A DNA stretch of 64,000 nucleotides from Prochlorococcus sp. AG-686-M10 (GCA_003210275.1 QCVU01000001.1:643-64642), one strand, 5' to 3'. Numbered from the stretch's first letter, positions 55,742 through 63,869 are shown. A program made the numbers and translations. The notes: generated from the sequence alone by a model not told the origin.

Positions 55742-55762
55742 GGAACCATTGAGTGGGAATGA
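55742..55762 (+). repeat. att-like core copy 3 GGAACCATTGAGTGGGAATGA
   Basis: 19/21 identical to the guaA end; reads GTIEWE*. Confidence 0.9.
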
Positions 55763-55885
55763 AAAGTAGGGTATAAACCCAGTCATAGTTTTGAAAAATT
55801 GGTTTCACACAGGTTTCACATATAGGTAAAAATCTATCTCTATAGAGAAATCGTAGATTTTTAAACTTCTCTACACCTTAATAAA

Positions 55886-56203
55886 TTAGTTTTTTATTTT
55901 TTTAATTTTTTCTAAATTCCATTTATCAAATATTAATTTCATTTCTCTTTTGAAGTATCTTACTTTCTTTGAGAAAGTTAGTTGTTGAATAATTATCCCA
56001 AAGGGAAATTTAAAAAAAGAAGAAACATAAACAATATAAAACTCGACAAATGAAGGTTTTGGTGGGAGAGGTAAATTTTTTAAATATGCCCAATCAATGC
56101 ATGGTTTTAGTTGCTTATCACTAGCAGCAATATTTTTTCGACATCTCCAGTAAGAGAAAAGATAAATGCCAATAAAAATCGGTAGTGGAAGAAGTCGCAA
56201 CAT
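55886..56203 (-). CDS. Hypothetical membrane-associated protein
   Basis: 105-aa ORF with hydrophobic N-terminus; 6 nt downstream of the 56210-56398 ORF. Confidence 0.55.
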   Translation of the reverse strand: MLRLLPLPIFIGIYLFSYWRCRKNIAASDKQLKPCIDWAYLKNLPLPPKPSFVEFYIVYVSSFFKFPFGIIIQQLTFSKKVRYFKREMKLIFDKWNLEKIKKIKN

Positions 56204-56209
56204 TAAATA

Positions 56210-56398
56210 TCAAGGATAATTTTTCTTTTTGATTGAATCAAAGGTTTCTTTATTACATATCCTCATCTTGTAAGTGGGGTAACGAGTATTCCACCACTTA
56301 TTGACCGCCATAGCAATTTGACTCTTAGGATTGCCACAAATATGAACCCATAGAGTTTTATCAGATTCCCTTTTGTAGTGTTCCCATGAGGTACTCAT
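56210..56398 (-). CDS. Small hypothetical protein
   Basis: 62-aa Trp-rich ORF, apparently co-transcribed with 55886-56203. Confidence 0.55.
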   Translation of the reverse strand: MSTSWEHYKRESDKTLWVHICGNPKSQIAMAVNKWWNTRYPTYKMRICNKETFDSIKKKNYP

Positions 56399-56516
56399 TG
56401 ATTCATATTAAAGTGATAGTTTACTTTTTATGGAAATTCTGATTAAATGATTTTTAGAATTTTCAATTATTTTATGCGATATCTTTATGCAAATCTCCTA
56501 GATTTTTAAATTAAAA

Positions 56517-57808
56517 TCATTCAAAAAGAATTTCTTCAGGATCTCTTTATTGGATTAGACCTTCATATTCTGAATCAACTTTTTTAAGATATTCTGCTAC
56601 ATTTTCATAACCTTGATCAAAAACAATTTCGTTGACCACTTCAGCAATTTTTTTGCCATTAATTAATAAAAGAGGATATTTATCTTCTAGAATTTCAATC
56701 TGTACATTAGGAGAAAAATAAGAGGTAGTTACATATACACCCAACCATCCTCTTTTAAGTTTGGCGACTGTTCTAGCAATATGATTACCTCCAGTTGGAT
56801 TATTTAAGGATTCACATTTTGCTTGTCCTAAAACTATTACTTTTGCACTTCCAAAACCAGTTCCAATATCCATCCTCCCAATAAAGTCTATTCCAGAATC
56901 TCCACTACCTTTAGTTATCCATCCTGCTTTATAGTTCTTCGCAGACTTCTGTATTATTGTTTCCGCTACTTTCGATGCTAAATTCTCAAATTTATATTTG
57001 TCTTTTTCATAAAAATCATATATTTCAGTAAGAGTTTTAAGTTCTTTTGACCCTTCTTCTGGTTTTTGTTCTGAAGTTGAAAGAACATTTAGTTTAAATA
57101 CATTTCTTCTTAAAATATCTATACTTTTGTTCCCCAAATTAATCCATTTTTTCCAAGATGAAGGTGCTTTTTTTAATGATTCTTCAATTGATAAATTTTT
57201 ATCTCTTCTGAGGTTTATCCATTGCCAGTCAAAAAATTCATTTTCTGTTGTCATCTCCAAAACAGCAAAATCAAAAACATAATTAACAAAATCTATCTTT
57301 TCTTTTCTGTGATATTGAACAATTCTCTCTGCATTTGTAATAATTCCAAATCCATTAAACTCCACATAACCTTTTTGCTTTCCGTCAATTGATTTACTTT
57401 TAAAAATATTATCGGGCATGCCCCTCTTCTTACATTAAGATCACTTGAATTATGTATTTCAAATTGCTTGAGTAGTGCTTTATTTCCTTTTTTCTTCTCA
57501 GGATCTCCTATGTCCTTGTTATCTCCAAAATATCTAATATGACCTTTTTCAATGTTATAAATATCTTGCCAGGGAGTATCCTAAGAACCAATTTTATGAG
57601 GACTTGAACGAGTAATTATGGCAGGTGTTCTTTCTATATTCTTATTTCCTACTTTTCCTATAGGATTTATTCCACTTTCTAATTGGACTAAATTTTCATT
57701 TGGTAAATCCGTATAAAATGAAAAGTTAGGATAACCATCAATTTCAACTTTATCTCTTTCTTTATCTTTTGGATATCTGAATATTTGACCAATTTTTAAT
57801 TTATTCAT
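56517..57808 (-). pseudogene. Modification-dependent restriction endonuclease (AspBHI/MspJI-like N-domain plus Mrr catalytic domain), inactivated
   Basis: SSPHKIGS*DTPWQD...GHIRYFGDNK (in-frame TAG at 57581-57583); frameshift near 57400 (CPIIF/FKSK); DSGIDF...GQAKC Mrr motif; further TAA at 56547-56549 before RDPEEILFE*. Confidence 0.82.
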
Positions 57809-57864
57809 ATTGTGCTTTGATCAAATTAATATAATCATTTTGCCAGATATCCAACTTTTGTTTT

Positions 57865-57969
57865 TTACTCTTTACCTTTAAATAAATCAACTTTGATATC
57901 AAAAGTAACTACTATTCCAATGCTTATAAGCAATAATCCAATTGCAATTTGAGGTGAAGGTAAAAGCAT
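57865..57969 (-). CDS. Possible 34-aa single-TM peptide
   Basis: Manual translation MLLPSPQIAIGLLLISIGIVVTFDIKVDLFKGKE. Confidence 0.3.
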   Translation of the reverse strand: MLLPSPQIAIGLLLISIGIVVTFDIKVDLFKGKE

Positions 57970-58063
57970 TTAAGACTCTTTTTTAAATACCCTATCGAAT
58001 TCATTTAATTATCGATAAAAGATTGCTTAATATTAATCTTGAGTAAACTTAGCAAAGTCAAAA

Positions 58064-58258
58064 ATGACACATTTAGAAAATGATCTTGATATTTATTACG
58101 CAGTAGGAAATGCGAATACTCAAAGACAAGAAAGTGAAATTGCAGCAATAATCAATAAAAGGAATTCTGGAGGGTGGAAATTAATCTCAACGAGTATCGC
58201 AATTGTCGATACTAAAAACCAATTTTCAAACCTTTATCTATTTTGGGAAAAGAAATAG
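58064..58258 (+). CDS. Small hypothetical protein (DUF4177-like)
   Basis: IINKRNSGGWKLIS...LYLFWEK pattern. Confidence 0.55.
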   Translation: MTHLENDLDIYYAVGNANTQRQESEIAAIINKRNSGGWKLISTSIAIVDTKNQFSNLYLFWEKK

Positions 58259-58304
58259 TGTGTAAACACTACACTGAATTGAAATCTTTTCCATTAGATT
58301 AAAA

Positions 58305-58375
58305 GCATCAGAAACTCCTCACACACTAATTTCTGATACTAAACGCCCCGATTCGTAAGAATTAGGGTGTTTTTT
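58305..58375 (+). ncRNA. Yfr1-motif small RNA (Yfr1/Yfr10-like)
   Basis: Conserved ACTCCTCACAC at 58314-58324, mostly in the loop of an ATCAGAAA/TTTCTGAT stem; terminator hairpin with T-tail at ~58341-58375; -10-like TAGATT at 58295-58300. Confidence 0.8.
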
Positions 58376-58475
58376 AATGCAATAAAGTCTTTAAGGTCGT
58401 AACTGGCATATGTGACAAATAAGTAATATTACTCACCCCCTTCCACGAAAAGGAAATATATGGCATATTCTATGA

Positions 58476-58573
58476 GTGTGTGTAGGAGAGGTTTTACTGA
58501 AACAGTGGAAACAAGGAAACACTTGATTCGGTAAAACCAGAAAAAGACCTCTAGAAATAGGGGTCTTTTTTTT
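58476..58573 (+). ncRNA. yfr2: Yfr2-family small RNA
   Basis: 5' GTGTGTGTAGGAG; stem GGTTTTAC...GTAAAACC enclosing two GGAAACA repeats; terminator AAAAAGACCTCTA-GAAA-TAGGGGTCTTTTT. Confidence 0.88.
58541..58573 (+). terminator. Intrinsic terminator of the Yfr2-family RNA
   Basis: GC-rich hairpin with T8 tail. Confidence 0.85.
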
Positions 58574-58609
58574 GTCTAATTTTTGCCAACGAATACTTAA
58601 ATTTAAACA

Positions 58610-58765
58610 AAATAAAGGGGCATGTGTTTGCCCCTTTCGAGTCTTATGCACTCATTATCTAAAAAGTCGGTGAGTGCTTTTGACTCCTGAATTATTTCTA
58701 CTCCTGTTGAATGGGAAAAGATAGTCGTGACAACCACAAAGCACTTCTACTCGGGTAAAAATACT
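58610..58765 (-). ncRNA. Candidate structured sRNA convergent with Yfr2
   Basis: Hairpins AAAGGGGCA/TGCCCCTTT (T-rich tail on the minus strand) and GAGTC-GCACTCA/TGAGTGC-GACTC; no convincing ORF; boundaries approximate. Confidence 0.4.
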
Positions 58766-58819
58766 CTATGAATTATTAGTTAATAGGTAGAAAATAAAGA
58801 TATAGAAATAGGAGGTTTA

Positions 58820-59002
58820 ATGAAACTATTCAATCAATTTAATATTCTTCCAAAATATTTAACGGCATTTAACTATGCAGGTTTAAATCTGAATGAAACT
58901 CCAAAAGAACTTGAGCAATGCCCTGTAGAGTTTCAAACTTACTGGGACAAAGAATGTAGGGATAATCCAACTAATCAGAATTGTTTAATTTATTGCGACT
59001 GA
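58820..59002 (+). CDS. 60-aa protein with CP12-like C-terminal Cys pair
   Basis: AGGAGG RBS at 58810-58815; C-terminus ECRDNPTNQNCLIYCD (C-x8-C). Confidence 0.75.
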   Translation: MKLFNQFNILPKYLTAFNYAGLNLNETPKELEQCPVEFQTYWDKECRDNPTNQNCLIYCD

Positions 59003-59006
59003 GTTA

Positions 59007-59288
59007 TTAATTTTTGTTATATTTAACTAAATTTTTATCATTAAAAAATAGATTAAGGCATTTACTTCCTGGATAATCTGCAGTTTTTCTATAATTAGGA
59101 AAGGGATCATTCTGGCAAATATCGACTCTTAATAATTCTAATTCATAAGTATTAGCATTAATATTACAAATAGTATTTTTTGGAATTGTTCCTGAGCACT
59201 TTATAACTGTTGTAGCTGCTTTGATCGGTCTTATAAAGGCTGCTGATATGCATGTAAAGAAAATTATATTGAAAATTCTAAGTTTCAT
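59007..59288 (-). CDS. Exported Cys-containing hypothetical protein, possibly truncated
   Basis: Signal peptide ending IKA; four Cys in the mature part. Confidence 0.5.
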   Translation of the reverse strand: MKLRIFNIIFFTCISAAFIRPIKAATTVIKCSGTIPKNTICNINANTYELELLRVDICQNDPFPNYRKTADYPGSKCLNLFFNDKNLVKYNKN

Positions 59289-59983
59289 TATATTTGTTTA
59301 AAAATTCAAATTTTTTATTCTATGTATAAAGAATAAAATCTTAAAACTATCTTATACTTTATTTTGGATCTATCCAAAAACATTTAATTTTATAAGTATT
59401 TGTAATCTTATTTTATTCTGGATAAATTATTTCCCCATTCAGAGACTTTAAATTTATAAAACTTTGTATAAGCTGATAATCTTTATTTGCAATGTTCATA
59501 TAATTAAGTTGATTTATTTATAAATAATTGTCTTTAATTTCAGAAAATATTTCTATGTTTGATTCGCTGAAATAATCAGATTCAAATCTTAAGCTTAAAG
59601 GTCGAAAATTTTCTTTTGTTTTGTCAAAAAAATAAAAATATCCTGTTTTGATATCGAAAATATAATCTAATGAAAAGCCCGTATGTTTTGACATACATCT
59701 AAGAGCTTGAATATCTCCTTAAGAAATGTTCTTATTATTCATACATCCGACCAAAACGATTAATAAATTTAAGTAGATTATTAATCAGATCATTTTAAAA
59801 TAATTATTACTAAAAAATAGCTAATCAATAATCCTAGAAATAGGCCTTCTCCAAAACCCATCCAAAATAATTGATAATTACTAATCTTTAAAATCTTTTT
59901 CCACTTTTCATCTCTCAGTTTATATTTTTAATTATTGAATTGAACGTTATTATTATTTATCAATAAATTTATAATGAGAAACT

Positions 59984-60213
59984 TTAAGCTACTTTTTTTA
60001 ATTCACTTGTTTTCCAGCCATCATGAATCAATTTTTTCCACATAGCTAATGCCTTATTTTTTGAAGTTCGCTTTCTAAAACCTAATTGTCTATTATTATC
60101 ATCAATGATGTTCAAAAATGAAATAAAACCTTCATTATTTGGATTATTAATATCATTTTCAAATACTACAATATTTTTTCCGATGGATCTACTAAATAAC
60201 CTATAGGATACAT
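59984..60213 (-). pseudogene. DUF1651-like small protein, frameshifted
   Basis: Adding one A to the A6 run (plus-strand T6 at 60174-60179) gives MYPIGYLVDPSEKNIVVFE...RKRTSKNKALAMWKKLIHDGWKTSELKKVA*. Confidence 0.6.
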
Positions 60214-60400
60214 ATTTAAAAGAGTATCTTATCTAGTTAACAACCTAAGTTTTTTATGTCAAGCAGAAAACTATTATTAATCAATTAATGGTTTTTATTA
60301 ATCATTGTATTTAAAAACAAATTCTTTAAACTATAAATATCTTTAATTTAAAGCTAAATTAACTTTTGTTTTTTAATATGTAATTGTAATTATATAAGTA

Positions 60401-61111
60401 ATGATCAAGTTAAGTAGATCTACAGTAGAAAAGTATCTGAATTGTCCTAGATGTTGTGTTCTAGATAAAAATCATAAAATCAAACCGCCATCCTTGCCAT
60501 TTACTTTAAATATTGCAGTTGATAATTTATGTAAAAATGAATTTGATTATTATCGAAAAATCCAAGAACCTCATCCTTTATTTGTTGAGCATAATATTGA
60601 TGCTATACCTTTCAAACACAAAGATATAGATATTTGGAGGAGTAACTTTAAGGGGATAAGATATAAATCCATTGAACATAATTACGATTTTGGAGGTGCG
60701 GTCGATGACGTATGGAAAAAAAATAATGGTGAATTAATTATTGCAGACGTAAAAGCGACTTCAAGAAATAATTTTGATTGGAATGAAACTTTTAATAAAT
60801 ATGATTATGCGAAAGGATATAAGAGGCAACTAGAAATGTATCAATGGTTATTTAGAAAGAATGGTTTTACGGTTTCAGACGAGGCATATCTTGTTTATTT
60901 TAATGGAAAAAAGAATGAAGAATTTTTTAATAATCAACTCCAATTTGATACCCATATAATTAAACTAGATTGTTCATCATCATGGGTAGAAGATAAAGTT
61001 CTCGAAACAGTAAGGCTTTTGCAATCAAATGAATTTCCTAAACCCTCATCAAAATGTGAATATTGTAATTATTTAAAGCAACGTTGGTTCTTACAAAAAA
61101 ATTTTAAATAA
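60401..61111 (+). CDS. PD-(D/E)XK nuclease superfamily protein (RecB/Cas4-like, Cys motifs)
   Basis: LSRS..E.YLNCPRC, GAVDD, IADVKAT, QLEMYQWL, C-terminal CEYC. Confidence 0.85.
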   Translation: MIKLSRSTVEKYLNCPRCCVLDKNHKIKPPSLPFTLNIAVDNLCKNEFDYYRKIQEPHPLFVEHNIDAIPFKHKDIDIWRSNFKGIRYKSIEHNYDFGGAVDDVWKKNNGELIIADVKATSRNNFDWNETFNKYDYAKGYKRQLEMYQWLFRKNGFTVSDEAYLVYFNGKKNEEFFNNQLQFDTHIIKLDCSSSWVEDKVLETVRLLQSNEFPKPSSKCEYCNYLKQRWFLQKNFK

Positions 61112-61194
61112 GGAGAAAATAAGAAATTATATTCTTTATATGTGGAAAAATAATTAATAAAAGATAATCTTAAGTAGTTATCTCTTGAAAGATT

Positions 61195-61803
61195 TTGGTC
61201 AAACCGAAAAGTCCTGATAATAAAATTAGCAATCATTTACAGCAGGATGTTGTCAAAATTGCAGGCAAAACAATCTTTATTAATCCATTTTTGTATTGGA
61301 GAAGGTTTGATGAAAACACTAATAGATGGTTAAGAGAACCAGGACAAATGTCAGAGGAGCAAATTCAGCTAAATAGAAATCGTTTTTATCCCGAAATTGA
61401 CTGGGCTGATTTAAGTCAAGATCAAAAGCTCCTAAAAGATGCCAGTGTAGAAATGTTTCTGAAGACTCTGGAGCTTATAAGCACATTTCATCCTGAGCTT
61501 AACTCTGGACAACTATTAGAAGTTGAGAGGAAAATGGCAATAACAAAAAAGCTACCTTTTGAAAAGTGGGTAAAAAGGTCTTTTGCTAAAAAAGCCAGAG
61601 CTGAAGAAAATGAAAAAAGAAAATTTAAAAGAGATAGATTTCTCAGAAGTTGGAAGGAATGGCTAGGTCTTGAAAATACTCAGCAAGCCCTACTCCCAAT
61701 AATTGTTATTGTATTTATGTCAGCATTTATTGGTTGGGCTTCAGGTGTTTCAAAAAACAGTTGTAATCCTTATTTTGAACAAAACTTAGATCAGTCAATT
61801 TAA
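61195..61803 (+). CDS. Conserved hypothetical protein with C-terminal TM helix
   Basis: INPFLYWRRFDENTNRWLREPGQ; TM segment LLPIIVIVFMSAFIGW. Confidence 0.75.
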   Translation: MVKPKSPDNKISNHLQQDVVKIAGKTIFINPFLYWRRFDENTNRWLREPGQMSEEQIQLNRNRFYPEIDWADLSQDQKLLKDASVEMFLKTLELISTFHPELNSGQLLEVERKMAITKKLPFEKWVKRSFAKKARAEENEKRKFKRDRFLRSWKEWLGLENTQQALLPIIVIVFMSAFIGWASGVSKNSCNPYFEQNLDQSI

Positions 61804-61909
61804 ATCTCCTTTATTAAATAGAATTTAATATTATTTCGATGATTTGTAACTTATTATTTAGGATATTATAAAGGAAGTTTAGTTTTTAAGTTAACTATTT
61901 ATTAGAGTT

Positions 61910-62062
61910 ATGGATAACAAACAACAAGAAGAAGATATATCCAATTTGGAATCTGATAAAGTTAGGAAACGAAATGATTATAAATTTTTAGTTCAAAAAC
62001 TAAAAAGTATAAAGGAGATTATTAATTTGCTAGAAAAATTTTTTTTACAGAAAGAGTTGTAA
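61910..62062 (+). CDS. Possible 50-aa protein upstream of mrdA
   Basis: Manual translation MDNKQQEEDISNLESDKVRKRNDYKFLVQKL...; ends 4 nt before mrdA. Confidence 0.3.
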   Translation: MDNKQQEEDISNLESDKVRKRNDYKFLVQKLKSIKEIINLLEKFFLQKEL

Positions 62063-62066
62063 ATTT

Positions 62067-63869
62067 TTGAAAAATAGTAAATTAAAAAAAAAATTTCCCT
62101 CTTTTGATAGACAGCCTTTAGTTTTCTATTTAATTACTAGTTTTACTTTTTTATTAATATTAATTAGATTAATTTTTCTCCAACTATTAAATCATGAGAC
62201 TTATAAAAAGATGTCTGATGAAAATAGAATTAGGCTAATTGCAACTCAACCAATTAGAGGCAGGATACTAGATAAAAATGGATTAATATTGGCAGATAGC
62301 CGTTTTAAGTACTCTTTAATAATTAAACCTCAATACGTTAATGAAAGAGCATGGCAGAAATATAAATCAAAGATTTCGAAATTATTTAATATTTCATCTG
62401 ATTCACTTCAAAAAAAATATTCTTACGGTTTAATAAATAAAAATTTTTCAATAACTCTTTTAGATGATTTAAAAGTTGATCAAGTGATCAAATTTAAAGA
62501 AAATGAAAAATTTTTAAATGGTTTAGAGATTTCAACAAAAATGATTAGAAATTATCCTTATAAAACCGTTGCTTCTCATGTGATTGGTTACACACAACCT
62601 ATTACAGATTCTGAATTTAATATTTTGTCCAAAAAAGGTTATAAATTAAATGATTTAATAGGAAGAACAGGGATTGAGTTTGTTTATGAAGATCATATAA
62701 GAGGGGAATGGGGAGGAGAAATGATTGAAGTGAACTCTTCCGGCACGTTTACAAAATCTTTAGGTACTAAACCATCAAAACAAGGTAAAGACCTTGAATT
62801 GACAATTGATTTGAATTTACAATTAATCGCTGAAGAAGTGCTTAAAGATAAAAAAGGAGGAGCCATAATAGTTATGGATCCGAGAGATGGTGCAATAAGA
62901 GCTATGGCCAGTAAACCAACTTTTGATTTGAATTTTTTTTCAAAAGATTTTAAGCCTCAAAAAGAATATGATGCATTATTTAATTCGCCAGCCAAACCAT
63001 TATTTAATAGAGCATTAAATGCATATGATCCAGGTAGTGTTTGGAAAATTGTAACGGCTATAGCTGGTTTAGAAAGTGGAAAGTTTCCTCCTGAAACTTT
63101 TTTAGAAACTAAACCTTGTATTACATATGGAAGTCAATGTTTTAGAGAACACAATGACTTGGGGTTCGGAACAATAGGTTATGAAGATGCTTTGCGAGTT
63201 TCAAGTAATACTTTTTTTTATCAGATTGGTTATGGCGTAGGTGTAGATGAAATTTATAACGTTTCTAAGAAGCTTGGTTTTACTGCACTATCTGGAATCG
63301 AAATATCGGAACAAGAAAATGTAGGTTTAGTGGCAAGTAGTCAATGGGCTAAAACAGGGAGAGGATGGGGTGAACCAGGAAGGACTCCTTGGGTACCAGA
63401 AGATATCGCAAGTATGTCTATTGGACAATCTGTTGTGCAAGTAACGCCTATGCAAATAGCTCGTGCATATGCAGTAATTGCAAATGGTGGTTATTTAGTA
63501 AAGCCTTATTTAACTAAAACGGCAGATCAACAGGTTTCAAATCAAAAGCGTATAAAAATTGATATAGATCCAAATAATCTTCAGTTAGTGAAAAATGGAT
63601 TAAGAAAAGTAGTTGAGTCTGGAACAGGAGTAGCTATAGACGATGGTATATCTAATTTACCTCCAGTTTCAGGCAAAACTGGTACTGCTGAAGATTTTGG
63701 AGAAGTACGAGGTCCAGATCATGCATGGTTTGTTTGCTTTACTCCTTCTGATAAAAGTGAGTTGCTTATAGTTGCTTTTGCGCAAAATACTCCAGGAGGA
63801 GGATCTGTACATGCACTCCCTATGGCTAGAGAAATTTTAAAAGTTTGGAATAAGAATAAACAGTTATGA
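62067..63869 (+). CDS. mrdA: Penicillin-binding protein 2 (class B transpeptidase)
   Basis: N-terminal TM, RGRILDKNG, RNYP, PGSVWK (SxxK), SSN, KTGTAE. Confidence 0.93.
   Translation: MKNSKLKKKFPSFDRQPLVFYLITSFTFLLILIRLIFLQLLNHETYKKMSDENRIRLIATQPIRGRILDKNGLILADSRFKYSLIIKPQYVNERAWQKYKSKISKLFNISSDSLQKKYSYGLINKNFSITLLDDLKVDQVIKFKENEKFLNGLEISTKMIRNYPYKTVASHVIGYTQPITDSEFNILSKKGYKLNDLIGRTGIEFVYEDHIRGEWGGEMIEVNSSGTFTKSLGTKPSKQGKDLELTIDLNLQLIAEEVLKDKKGGAIIVMDPRDGAIRAMASKPTFDLNFFSKDFKPQKEYDALFNSPAKPLFNRALNAYDPGSVWKIVTAIAGLESGKFPPETFLETKPCITYGSQCFREHNDLGFGTIGYEDALRVSSNTFFYQIGYGVGVDEIYNVSKKLGFTALSGIEISEQENVGLVASSQWAKTGRGWGEPGRTPWVPEDIASMSIGQSVVQVTPMQIARAYAVIANGGYLVKPYLTKTADQQVSNQKRIKIDIDPNNLQLVKNGLRKVVESGTGVAIDDGISNLPPVSGKTGTAEDFGEVRGPDHAWFVCFTPSDKSELLIVAFAQNTPGGGSVHALPMAREILKVWNKNKQL

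Larger units (their letters stand above)
53700..55762. mobile_element. guaA-type cassette 2: single TPR-sulfotransferase gene
   Basis: Bounded by core copies 2 and 3; (A/G)GTTTGTCACG pairs at 53797-53818 and 55661-55682. Confidence 0.8.
55763..60300. mobile_element. Cassette 3 / decayed island remainder (right boundary uncertain)
   Basis: Left end has GGTTTCACACA+GGTTTCACATA (55801-55822) and the 40-bp box; contains pseudogenes and small ORFs. Confidence 0.55.

Noticed and set aside
58433-58651. 72-aa minus-strand ORF
   Set aside because: Antisense to the Yfr2-family RNA and its terminator; no protein features.
59340-59980. Short ORF fragments (e.g. MSKHTGFSLDYIFD..., minus strand)
   Set aside because: Very AT-rich and interrupted by stops, with no recognisable family; probably decayed DNA.
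46546-60300. Integrase, transposase or tRNA gene in the island
   Set aside because: No ORF with recognisable tyrosine/serine recombinase or DDE motifs and no tRNA cloverleaf found by eye; small remnants cannot be excluded.
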